Assembly: GCA_022780025.1 (NCBI GenBank)
Contig: JALEXS010000046.1
Coordinates: forward strand, 1-55,816
Source: Mollicutes bacterium
GTDB lineage: Bacteria > Bacillota_I > Bacilli_A > RFN20 > CAG-826
Length of the DNA stretch: 55,816 nucleotides
Reading direction: 5' to 3'
Numbering within the stretch: position 1 is the stretch's first letter; every line of letters begins with the position of its first letter. Position numbers and translations under genes: made by a program. Below, one piece after another: positions 9,470 to 18,166 of this stretch. The notes under the pieces are model-generated. The model worked only from the letters and a program-made list of their open reading frames with translations. It was not told the origin of the DNA and ran no database searches.

Positions 9470-9478
9470 TGTTATAAT
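9470..9478 (+). promoter_or_regulatory. Extended -10 promoter (TGtTATAAT) 6 nt before the response-regulator ATG
   Basis: TGTTATAAT at 9470-9478, ATG at 9485, no SD in between. Implies a leaderless or near-leaderless mRNA. Confidence 0.45.
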
Positions 9479-9484
9479 AAAAGT

Positions 9485-10168
9485 ATGGAAAAGATTACTA
9501 TATTATTGTTAGCAAATGATAAAGATAGCGGAAAAGACATTAAAAATATTTTATTAGAAGATGGATATAATATTATTTTAGTTACGAGTGCTTTCGATGC
9601 TTTAAATTATTGCATAAAAGATATTATCAATTTATTAATTATCGATATAACTGTAAATAAAAATTTTGGTTTAGAAGTAGTTGGTAAATTTAGAGAATAT
9701 AGTTTAGCATTACCAATTTTAGTTTTAACAAATCGTAATGATATTGAAAGTAAGATTATTGCTTTTAATAGTGGTGCTAATGATTTATTAGTTAAACCTT
9801 TTAATTTATTTGAATTTAAAGCTAGAATTACTAATCAACTTAAAACAAGTACTGAGGAACATCACGAAGTATTTAATAATGGTGAATTATCAATTGATTA
9901 TGATAAACGATTAGTTATGATTAATAATCGTGAGGTTCATTTAACAAATTTAGAATATAAAATTTTAGTTTTATTATCTATGAATTTAGATAAAGTATTG
10001 ACTTATGACTATATAATTGAAAAGATTTGGGGCAAAGGCGGACAAGATAATAATGGCTTAAGAGTCTTTGTTTCTAATATAAGAAATAAATTAAAAATAG
10101 GAAAAAGACCTTATAGATTTATTCGCACACAAGTTAGAACTGGATATCGAATGAAAAAAGCTTCTTAA
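9485..10168 (+). CDS. OmpR/PhoB-family response regulator (orphan)
   Basis: 227 aa. Receiver domain has LLIIDI (phospho-Asp), LVLT and LVKPF. Winged-helix Trans_reg_C region: LTNLEYKILVLL...RTGYRM. No histidine kinase is adjacent. Confidence 0.85.
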   Translation: MEKITILLLANDKDSGKDIKNILLEDGYNIILVTSAFDALNYCIKDIINLLIIDITVNKNFGLEVVGKFREYSLALPILVLTNRNDIESKIIAFNSGANDLLVKPFNLFEFKARITNQLKTSTEEHHEVFNNGELSIDYDKRLVMINNREVHLTNLEYKILVLLSMNLDKVLTYDYIIEKIWGKGGQDNNGLRVFVSNIRNKLKIGKRPYRFIRTQVRTGYRMKKAS

Positions 10169-10326
10169 ATATTTTTAAAAAATAATGCATTTTTGCAGGC
10201 TTTTTTTCTAAAACAAGCTATTAATATGATTATATAAAACATTTTTGAAAAATTTTTAAAATAATGCTTTTATTATTTATAGTTTTTTGGTAAAATCAAC
10301 TCGGTATAAAAATACCGAATAACATT

Positions 10327-10977
10327 ATGGAAAAAACTAAATTTACTGAAAATCAACTAAGAAGAATGCCAGCTTATCTAAGCTATCTAAAAATGATCTC
10401 TAATCAAGGGGTTAATTTTATTTCATGCCAAGAAATAGCTTTAGCATTACATTTAAACCAAGAACAAGTCAGAAAAGATATTGCTTTAATTAGTAGTATA
10501 AACGGAGTTCCTAATAAAGGACGTGATATTTCTTTATTAATTAAAGATATTGAGACTCAACTTGGTATTAATAATGATAATGATGCAATTATCGTTGGTA
10601 TTGGTAGTTTAGGAACTGCTTTATGTAATTATAATGGATTTGTCAGTTATGGATTACGTATTGTAGCTGGTTTTGATAAAAATCCAAATGTTATTGGCAA
10701 AGTAATAAATGGAGTTCCAATTTATGATATTGGTGATATGACGAATGTTATTAATAATCTTAAAACTAGAATTGCAATTGTTACTGTTCCATCTGCTTCA
10801 GCAATTGATATTTGTAAAATGCTAGTTGCTAACGGAATTGAAGCGATATGGAATTTTGCCCCAATTAAGCTTGATTTAGGTGATGATGTCATTATCACAA
10901 ATATGGATATGGCAAGTAGTTTAGCTACATTATCACATAAATTATATATTAAACATCACAAAGAAAAAGGAGAATGA
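10327..10977 (+). CDS. rex: Redox-sensing transcriptional repressor Rex
   Basis: 216 aa. N-terminal wHTH (RRMPAYLSYL...SCQEIA...QVRKDI) plus Rossmann GIGSLGTAL. Stop TGA overlaps the adhE ATG (ATGA). Confidence 0.9.
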   Translation: MEKTKFTENQLRRMPAYLSYLKMISNQGVNFISCQEIALALHLNQEQVRKDIALISSINGVPNKGRDISLLIKDIETQLGINNDNDAIIVGIGSLGTALCNYNGFVSYGLRIVAGFDKNPNVIGKVINGVPIYDIGDMTNVINNLKTRIAIVTVPSASAIDICKMLVANGIEAIWNFAPIKLDLGDDVIITNMDMASSLATLSHKLYIKHHKEKGE

Positions 10978-13604
10978 AGATGAGTGAAATTAACGAAAAT
11001 GTATTAAAAGAAGTCGATGCTCTTGTTAAAAAAGGCTTAGTAGCTCTTGATGAATTTAGAGAATTGGATCAAGAACAAGTAGATTACATTGTTGCTAAAG
11101 TAAGTGTATCAGTTTTAGATCATCATGAATATTTAGCTCGCCTTGCAGTTGAAGAAACTGGAAGAGGCGTTTTTGAAGATAAATGTACAAAAAATTTATT
11201 TGCTTGTGAATATGTCACAAATGCAATGAGACATTTAAAAACTTGTGGAATTATTAGCGATGATCCTGTTACTGGAATTACTGAAATTGCAGATCCTTTA
11301 GGTGTTATTTGTGGAATTACTCCTGTTACTAACCCTACAAGTACTGTCATATTTAAATCATTAATTTCTTTAAAGACTAGAAATCCTATTGTATTTGCTT
11401 TCCATCCAAATGCACAAAAATGCTGTGTAAAAACTGCAGAAATTATTAAAGAAGCAGCTGTTAAAGCTGGTGCTCCTAAAGATTGTATTCAATGGATTGA
11501 AAAACCTTCAATGGATGCAACAACTGCTTTAATGCAAAATCCTGGTATTGCTACAATTTTAGCTACTGGTGGTAACGCAATGGTTAGAGCTGCTTATAGT
11601 TGTGGTAAACCTGCTTTAGGTGTTGGAGCTGGAAATGTTCCTGCTTACGTTGAAAAGACTTGTAATGTTGCTCAAGCTGCAAATGATATTTTAATGTCTA
11701 AAGCTTTTGATAATGGTATGGTTTGTGCTAGTGAACAAGCTGCTATTATTGATAATGAAATTTATGATGAATTTGTAAAAGATATCAAGAGATATGGTGC
11801 TTATTTATGTAATAAAGAAGAAAAAGCATTACTTGAAAAATATATGTTTAGACCTACAGCTGATGGAAAAAATACTGCATTATTCCCAGGATTAGTTGGT
11901 CATACTGCATGGGATATTGCTCATAATGCTGGTTTTGAAGTCCCAGAAAATACACCTATATTATTAGTAGAATGTAAAGAAGTTAGTCCAAAAGAATGCT
12001 TAACTCGTGAAAAATTATCACCAGTATTAGCTTTAGTTAAAGCAAAAGATACTGCTGATGGATTTAATAAAGCAGAAGCTATGGTTGAAGAAGGCGGTTT
12101 AGGACATAGTGCATGTATCCATACAGCTAGAAAGGACTTAGCTGATGAATTTGGAAAGCGTCTTGAAGCTTGTAGAATTATTTGGAACTCTCCAACTACT
12201 TTTGGTGGTATTGGTAATGTTTATAACTCGTTTTTACCATCTATGACATTAGGTTGTGGTAGTTATGGCCATAACTCAGTTAGTGGTAACGTAAGTGCTA
12301 TTAATTTAATTAATATTAAAAGAATTGGTAAGAGGAGAAATAATATGCAATGGTTTAAAGTTCCTTCAAAGATTTATTTTGAAAGAAATAGTATTCAATA
12401 TTTAAAAGATGCAAAAAATGTTAATAAAGTATTTATTGTTACTGATAGTTCCATGGTTAAACTTGGTTTCTTACAAAAAGTAATTGATGAATTAAAAGGT
12501 AGAAGAAACGATGTAACTATTCAATTATTTACAGATGTTGAACCAGATCCAGATATTACAACAGTTAAAAAAGGCTGTGAATTAATGAGAAGTTTTGAAC
12601 CTGATACAATTGTTGCTTTAGGTGGCGGTTCTGCTATGGATGCTGCTAAAGGTATGTGGTTATTCTATGAAAATCCAAATGTTAATTTTGATGATTTAAA
12701 ACAAAAATTCATGGATATTCGTAAAAGAGCATTCAGATATCCTGAACTTGGTAAAAAATCTAAATTAATTTGTATTCCTACAACTAGTGGTACTGGTTCT
12801 GAAGTTACTCCATTTGCAGTTATTTCAAATAGAGCTGAAAATAAGAAATATCCTTTAACAGATTATTCTTTAACTCCAACTATCGCTATTATTGACCCAG
12901 AATTTACAACAAATTTACCTGCTCAAGTTACAGCAGATACTGGATTAGATGTTTTAACTCACGCTTTAGAAGCTTATGCAAGCGTTTTAGCTAGCGATTA
13001 TACAGATGCTTTAGCACTTCAAGCTGTTCAAATGGTCTTTGAATATTTACCAAGATGTGTAAAAAATGGTAAAAATGATTTAGAAGCACGTGAAAAGATG
13101 CATAATGCTTCAACAATGGCTGGTATGGCTTTCGCTAATGCATTCTTAGGTATGTGTCACTCAATGGCTCATAAAGTTGGTGGTATGTTCCATGTTCCAC
13201 ATGGTAGAGCTAATGCTATTTTATTACCATATGTTATTAGATATAATGGCCAAATTCCTCAAAAGTTATCAACTTGGCCAAAATATAATGTATATGATGC
13301 AGATAAGAGATATGCAAAAATCGCAAGATTATTAGGATTAAAAGCAAGTACAGATTCTGAAGGTGTTGAATCATTAGCTGAAGCTATTTATAATTTAGGT
13401 ATTGAATGTGGTGAAAAGATGAATTTCAAAGATCAAGGAATTGATGAAAAAGAATGGTTAAGTAAAGTCGAAGAACTTTCTTACTTAGCTTATGAAGATC
13501 AATGTACACCAGCTAACCCAAGAATTCCTTTAGTTAAAGATATGCAACAAATCTTAATTGATGCATACTATGATAATTTCTTTAAAAAAGAACAAAAGAA
13601 ATAA
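10974..13604 (+). CDS. adhE: Bifunctional acetaldehyde-CoA/alcohol dehydrogenase
   Basis: 876 aa. N-terminal aldehyde dehydrogenase half (catalytic region NGMVCASEQ) and C-terminal iron-ADH half (GGGSAMDAAK, HSMAHKVGG). GGAG RBS. Confidence 0.95.
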   Translation: MKMSEINENVLKEVDALVKKGLVALDEFRELDQEQVDYIVAKVSVSVLDHHEYLARLAVEETGRGVFEDKCTKNLFACEYVTNAMRHLKTCGIISDDPVTGITEIADPLGVICGITPVTNPTSTVIFKSLISLKTRNPIVFAFHPNAQKCCVKTAEIIKEAAVKAGAPKDCIQWIEKPSMDATTALMQNPGIATILATGGNAMVRAAYSCGKPALGVGAGNVPAYVEKTCNVAQAANDILMSKAFDNGMVCASEQAAIIDNEIYDEFVKDIKRYGAYLCNKEEKALLEKYMFRPTADGKNTALFPGLVGHTAWDIAHNAGFEVPENTPILLVECKEVSPKECLTREKLSPVLALVKAKDTADGFNKAEAMVEEGGLGHSACIHTARKDLADEFGKRLEACRIIWNSPTTFGGIGNVYNSFLPSMTLGCGSYGHNSVSGNVSAINLINIKRIGKRRNNMQWFKVPSKIYFERNSIQYLKDAKNVNKVFIVTDSSMVKLGFLQKVIDELKGRRNDVTIQLFTDVEPDPDITTVKKGCELMRSFEPDTIVALGGGSAMDAAKGMWLFYENPNVNFDDLKQKFMDIRKRAFRYPELGKKSKLICIPTTSGTGSEVTPFAVISNRAENKKYPLTDYSLTPTIAIIDPEFTTNLPAQVTADTGLDVLTHALEAYASVLASDYTDALALQAVQMVFEYLPRCVKNGKNDLEAREKMHNASTMAGMAFANAFLGMCHSMAHKVGGMFHVPHGRANAILLPYVIRYNGQIPQKLSTWPKYNVYDADKRYAKIARLLGLKASTDSEGVESLAEAIYNLGIECGEKMNFKDQGIDEKEWLSKVEELSYLAYEDQCTPANPRIPLVKDMQQILIDAYYDNFFKKEQKK

Positions 13605-13622
13605 GATTTAATTAAAATTTAA

Positions 13623-13669
13623 AAAAGGCTTCCAATAGATAATTTATTAAATTATCTTTGGAACCTTTT
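13623..13669 (+). terminator. Rho-independent terminator after adhE
   Basis: Long interrupted stem AAAAGG-c-TTCCAA-t-AGATAAT / ATTATCT-TTGGAA-CCTTTT with a 7-nt loop. Confidence 0.65.
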
Positions 13670-13845
13670 CTATTTGTAAATATTTTATAAAATAGTTAAG
13701 ATTTGCAGCGTTTTTTAAAAAATAAGGCAATTATTAACAGTTCAATATAGAAACTAAAATATTAAAATATCTATTTATACACTTATAATTAAGTAGAACT
13801 ATTATATTAATTAATATAATATATATAAAGTTAAAAGAGGTAGTT

Positions 13846-15288
13846 ATGGCAAAATTTGATACACGTGTTCAAGAATTAAGATATGAGGTAGTTAAATCAG
13901 TAGCAAAACATCTTTTTGATGGTGATTTTGAAGAAAAAGTTTTAGATATACCAAAAGAAATTATTCCTGGACCTAAACCAACAATGCGTTGTTGTATATA
14001 TAAAGAAAGAGCAATTGTTGAAGAAAGAATTAAATTAACTCTTCACAATTCTTTTGATAATACAAATGTAATAAATGTTATTCCAATTGCATGTGATGAA
14101 TGTCCTTTAGGAGGTTATACTGTCACTGATCAATGTCGTGGTTGTATTGCTCACCGTTGCTATAATGCATGTCCAAAGAAATGTATTAGTTTTGATGATA
14201 ATTTAAGAGCACACATTGATAAAAGTTCATGTGTTAATTGTGGAATGTGTGCAAAAAGTTGTCCTTATGAAGCTATTGAAAATAAAGTTAGACCTTGTGA
14301 AAAAGCTTGTAAAATGAAGGCAATTTCACCTAGTAGTATTGATAATAGTGCTTCTATTAATTATGACAATTGTATTCAATGTGGCGCTTGTGTTTATACA
14401 TGTCCTTTTGGAGCTATTGTTGATGAATCATATATTAGACAAGTCATTAATTTATTAAAAGGTAGTGAAAATAATAAAAAATATCAAGTTTATGCAGTTG
14501 TTGCTCCATCAATTGGTGCTAACTTCTATGGATATAAAACAGGCCAAATCATCAGTGCTATTAAAAAATTAGGTTTTTATAGAGTTGCTGAAGCTGCTTT
14601 AGGTGCTGATATGGTTGCTTTAAAAGAAGCTCATGAATTAGAAGAAAAGCAAATTTTAACATCTTCATGTTGTCCAGCTTTTGTTACTTATATTAAAAAT
14701 AATTATCCTACTTTAGTTGATAAAATTAGTTCAACTTTATCACCTATGGCAATGATTTCTAAAACATTAAAAGAGCATAAACCAGGTTGTAAAGTTGTAT
14801 TTATTGGGCCTTGCACAGCTAAAAAACAAGAAATTAGATGGGATAGTGTTAGACCTTATGTCGATAGCTGTTTAACTTTTGAAGAATTACAAGCATTAAT
14901 TGATGCTAAAGAAATAGATGTTAAATCTTTACCTGAATCTCATTATGAATATGGTAGTGGATTTGGTAGAGGATTTGCTAAATGTGGTGGTCTTACTATT
15001 GCAGTTAATCAAGCACTTAAAGAAAGTAACTCAGATTTTGTTGCTAAAGGTGTTGTCTGTGATGGTATTGATAATATTAAATTAACTTTAAATAAATTAA
15101 AGTCTGAAAATAGTGATTTTAATTTTGTAGAAGGTATGGCTTGTGTTGGAGGATGTATTGGAGGTCCATGTAATTTAACTCATGAAGTTAGAGATAAGAT
15201 CATGGTTGATAAATTCTCAACAAGTGCAGAAAGTAAAACAATTAGTGAAGCTATTAAAGCTGCAGGTGTAATAGATAAAGATGAATAA
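13846..15288 (+). CDS. hydA: [FeFe]-hydrogenase-like protein with N-terminal Fe-S cluster domains
   Basis: 480 aa. Two ferredoxin-type CxxCxxCxxxCP motifs (CVNCGMCAKSCP, CIQCGACVYTCP). H-cluster motifs TSSCCPAF (L1), GPCTAKKQE (L2) and EGMACVGGCIGGP (L3). Confidence 0.8.
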   Translation: MAKFDTRVQELRYEVVKSVAKHLFDGDFEEKVLDIPKEIIPGPKPTMRCCIYKERAIVEERIKLTLHNSFDNTNVINVIPIACDECPLGGYTVTDQCRGCIAHRCYNACPKKCISFDDNLRAHIDKSSCVNCGMCAKSCPYEAIENKVRPCEKACKMKAISPSSIDNSASINYDNCIQCGACVYTCPFGAIVDESYIRQVINLLKGSENNKKYQVYAVVAPSIGANFYGYKTGQIISAIKKLGFYRVAEAALGADMVALKEAHELEEKQILTSSCCPAFVTYIKNNYPTLVDKISSTLSPMAMISKTLKEHKPGCKVVFIGPCTAKKQEIRWDSVRPYVDSCLTFEELQALIDAKEIDVKSLPESHYEYGSGFGRGFAKCGGLTIAVNQALKESNSDFVAKGVVCDGIDNIKLTLNKLKSENSDFNFVEGMACVGGCIGGPCNLTHEVRDKIMVDKFSTSAESKTISEAIKAAGVIDKDE

Positions 15289-16162
15289 AGAATTTAGAGA
15301 TTTAATTACATTAAATAAAGAAGAAGCTGATGTAATATTAGTTGGCGTTCCTTTTGATAAGAATGCTAGTGTTGGTAAAGGTGCAAGTTTTGCCCCTAAG
15401 GTTTTAAGAGAATTATCTTATGAATTACCAGCCTTAGATCGTAGTGGTAATGATTTAAGAAGTCTTAAAGTATTTGATAATGGTGATATTACTACTGAAG
15501 ATTTCGATGAAATGAAATTAGAATTTAGTAATAGATTATTTGCTAATAAAGGATTTCATTTAATTTTTGGTGGCGATCATTCTATTGCTATAGCAAGTTG
15601 TAGAGCATTTTATGATTACGCTATTAGTTTAAATAAGATACCTGTTATCATACATATTGACGCTCATCCAGATATTTGTGATGAATATGATGGTAGTAAA
15701 TTTTCACATGCTTGCCCAATATTTAGATCTTTAGAATATGGTTTTAAAGATGAAAATGTTGTTCTTGTTGGGGTTAGAGGATTTGAAGCTCAAGAAATCG
15801 AAACCTTTAAAAAGAAGCCAGATCTAAAGGTTTTTAAAGCAAAAGACGTAGATAATGAAGGTATTGATAGTGTAATTTCTTACATTACAAATAAATATAA
15901 TTCAGATAAATATTTAGTTTATATTAGTTATGATATTGATGCTAATGATCCAAGTTATGCACCAGGTACTGGTACTCCTGAAGCTTTTGGATTGACATCT
16001 AAAGAGACTATGAAATTAATTACTTCATTAGTTGGAAATCTTAATGTAGATGCTCTTGATATAGTTGAAGTTGCTCCACCATTAGATGTAAATAATATTA
16101 CAAGTTGGTTAGCAGTTAAAACTTTATATGAAGTATTTAATGAATTAATCATTAAAAAGTAA
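15281..16162 (+). CDS. speB: Arginase/agmatinase (ureohydrolase) family protein, probably agmatinase
   Basis: 293 aa with Mn-binding motifs GGDHSI, DAHPD and SYDIDANDP. Start overlaps the hydrogenase stop by 8 nt. Confidence 0.65.
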   Translation: MNKEFRDLITLNKEEADVILVGVPFDKNASVGKGASFAPKVLRELSYELPALDRSGNDLRSLKVFDNGDITTEDFDEMKLEFSNRLFANKGFHLIFGGDHSIAIASCRAFYDYAISLNKIPVIIHIDAHPDICDEYDGSKFSHACPIFRSLEYGFKDENVVLVGVRGFEAQEIETFKKKPDLKVFKAKDVDNEGIDSVISYITNKYNSDKYLVYISYDIDANDPSYAPGTGTPEAFGLTSKETMKLITSLVGNLNVDALDIVEVAPPLDVNNITSWLAVKTLYEVFNELIIKK

Positions 16163-16821
16163 TGAAAAATTGGAGTGAAATTTTTGATTATATAAATAAA
16201 AAAGATTATGCAATTAAGTTGCATGATTTTTTAATTTCAGAAAGAAATAAATACGTTATTTATCCTTCTAAAGAAGATATGTTTAATGCCTTTAAATTAA
16301 CTCCATATGAAAATATTAAAGTAGTCATATTTGGACAAGATCCTTATCATAATAAAGGTCAAGCAATGGGATTAGCTTTTTCTGTTCCACCTAATATACC
16401 CTTACCACCTTCTTTAAGAAATATTTATAAAGAAATTGAAATCGAATTTAATAATAAATTTAAAAATACTGATGGAGACTTATCTTATTTAGCTATACAA
16501 GGGGTATTACTTTTAAATCCTATATTAACCGTAAGAGAATCCACGCCTTTATCTCATGATAATGAATTATATAAACAATTTACTTTAGATATCATAAAAG
16601 CAATTGAAGAAAATAATAATCCAATAGTTTATTTATTATGGGGTAATAAAGCTAAAATATACGAAAAATATATAACTAATAAAAATCATTTAGTTATAAA
16701 AACAAATCATCCATCTCCGTTAAGTGCTAATAGAGGTGGTTGGTTTAATAGTAATTGTTTTATAAATGCTAATAAATTTCTAATTGAACATAATGTTACG
16801 CCAATAAATTGGCTGAAATAA
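16162..16821 (+). CDS. ung: Uracil-DNA glycosylase
   Basis: 219 aa with GQDPYH water-activating loop and HPSPLSA motif. TAATG overlap with the upstream gene. Confidence 0.92.
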   Translation: MKNWSEIFDYINKKDYAIKLHDFLISERNKYVIYPSKEDMFNAFKLTPYENIKVVIFGQDPYHNKGQAMGLAFSVPPNIPLPPSLRNIYKEIEIEFNNKFKNTDGDLSYLAIQGVLLLNPILTVRESTPLSHDNELYKQFTLDIIKAIEENNNPIVYLLWGNKAKIYEKYITNKNHLVIKTNHPSPLSANRGGWFNSNCFINANKFLIEHNVTPINWLK

Positions 16822-16861
16822 CTTAATTATATTGAATATTCTATATAAAAAATTATAATTA

Positions 16862-16946
16862 ATAACGGGTGCTCAAGAATGGGCTGAGATAAGTGTGATA
16901 CTCACTTGACCATACCTGATCTAGGTAATGCTAGCGTAGGAACTTA
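16862..16946 (+). promoter_or_regulatory. TPP (THI-box) riboswitch
   Basis: CGGGUGC...GGCUGAGA...ACCUGAUCUAGGUAAUGCUAGCGUAGGAAC closely matches the thiM-type aptamer consensus (GGGGUGC / CUGAGA / ACCUGAUCUGGAUAAUGCCAGCGUAGGGAA). Confidence 0.9.
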
Positions 16947-16966
16947 ATGTTTTCTTAAATGTTTTT

Positions 16967-16988
16967 CTACCCTAGCGGTAGTTTTTTT
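16967..16988 (+). terminator. Riboswitch expression-platform terminator
   Basis: CTACC-ctagc-GGTAG followed by a T7 run, 19 nt before the thiT-like ATG. The stem sequence resembles the aptamer 3' strand CTAGCGTAGG, which permits alternative pairing. Confidence 0.6.
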
Positions 16989-17006
16989 AATTTTTAAGGA
17001 GGAATT

Positions 17007-18080
17007 ATGGAAAAATTAAAAGAATTTCTTAAGAAATGTGGTAGCGAATTATTTTCTTTAATATTTGCTATTATTTTCTTAGGTTGTGGTGTTTTGCCTT
17101 TTTTTCATTACGACATTTCTTATAATGGCGTAGAAACAAGTGCAAATGTAAGTTTTTATAACATAGTTACAGGCGGTAATTTTGGAAATCATCAATTTAG
17201 TAGTGATCCATTTTTTACAATGTGTTTTATTTTCTTTTTAGTAGCTATTATTTTAGTTAGTTTAATTTTTATTTTAGAAATTACTAAAAAATTTGAAAAT
17301 ATTATACCTAAACTTAATGGAGCAATATTATTAATTCTTGTTTCTTTAGTTATTGGATTAGCTATTGGTAAACCAACTTATGAATTTGTTGATAGCGATT
17401 GGAATAGTATTGGTGGTGTTGATATCGATATTGTACCTTTAGGCTTTACAATTGAATTAATTTGTTTATTCTTTATGACAATATGTTCAATTAGAAGAAC
17501 TTTTGAAAATATTACTTTCAATGTTAAAGATTTAGTAGAAATTTCAATGCTTGTTGGCTTAGCTTTAGTTTTAGATCAAGTTAAATTATTTAAAATGCCT
17601 ACAGGTGGAAGTGTTAATTTAGCAGGTATTCCTTTATTAATAATTGCTTTAAGACATGGTCCAGTTAAAGGATTTATTGCTTCTTCATTAATTTTTGGTT
17701 TACTTTCTTGTTTAATTGATGGTTATGGATTCCAATTCTTCCCATTTGATTATTTTATTGCTTTTAGTGGATATGCTTTTGCTGGTATTGCATTTAGTTT
17801 ATTTAAAAAATATTTAATTAAAGATAATCCAGTTAAATCAAATATATATTTAGTAAGTTTAATTTGTAGTTTATTAATCGGTGGTATTTTTGTAATCATT
17901 ACTAGAGTAATTGGTTCTTCACTATCTTCAATGATTTTCTATGGATATGATTTAAAAGGTGCTTTTATCTATAATATTGGTTATGTAGGTGTTAGTGCTG
18001 CTATTTCATGTGTTTGTGATTTAGCTTTAAGTAAGCCAATTCAAATGATTAATAGCTTATATCCTGTTAATAGTAAATAA
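17007..18080 (+). CDS. thiT: ThiT-like thiamine ECF S-component with an extra N-terminal membrane domain
   Basis: 357 aa with AAGGAGG RBS. The C-terminal ~185 aa resemble ThiT (MPTGGSVNLAGIPLLIIALRHGPVKGF). The N-terminal ~170 aa add further TM helices. The gene follows a TPP riboswitch. Confidence 0.7.
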   Translation: MEKLKEFLKKCGSELFSLIFAIIFLGCGVLPFFHYDISYNGVETSANVSFYNIVTGGNFGNHQFSSDPFFTMCFIFFLVAIILVSLIFILEITKKFENIIPKLNGAILLILVSLVIGLAIGKPTYEFVDSDWNSIGGVDIDIVPLGFTIELICLFFMTICSIRRTFENITFNVKDLVEISMLVGLALVLDQVKLFKMPTGGSVNLAGIPLLIIALRHGPVKGFIASSLIFGLLSCLIDGYGFQFFPFDYFIAFSGYAFAGIAFSLFKKYLIKDNPVKSNIYLVSLICSLLIGGIFVIITRVIGSSLSSMIFYGYDLKGAFIYNIGYVGVSAAISCVCDLALSKPIQMINSLYPVNSK

Positions 18081-18114
18081 AAATATATAAATATATAATA
18101 TTTATAAAGAAAAA

Positions 18115-18163
18115 AATACTCCTTTTGTCTATAATATAGACAAGTATACAAGGAGTATTTTTA
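18115..18163 (+). terminator. Terminator hairpin whose 3' arm contains the SD of the next gene
   Basis: AATACTCCTT (18115-18124) pairs with AAGGAGTATT (18150-18159). Inner stem TGTCTA/TAGACA, T-run after. AAGGAG also serves as the RBS for ATG 18167. Confidence 0.6.
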
Positions 18164-18166
18164 TTT

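Noticed and set aside
10243-10261. Possible Rex operator TTTTGAAAAATTTTTAAAA upstream of rex-adhE
   Set aside because: It is a near-palindrome made almost only of A/T runs. It lacks the TGTGAA/TTCACA (or GTTAA/TTAAC) half-sites of known Rex boxes, so it cannot be told apart from background in this composition.
11123-11350. Minus-strand 75-aa ORF inside adhE
   Set aside because: It is antisense to a highly conserved enzyme-coding region and has no RBS.
15955-16224. Minus-strand 89-aa ORF spanning the agmatinase/ung junction
   Set aside because: It is antisense to two overlapping, well-supported CDSs.
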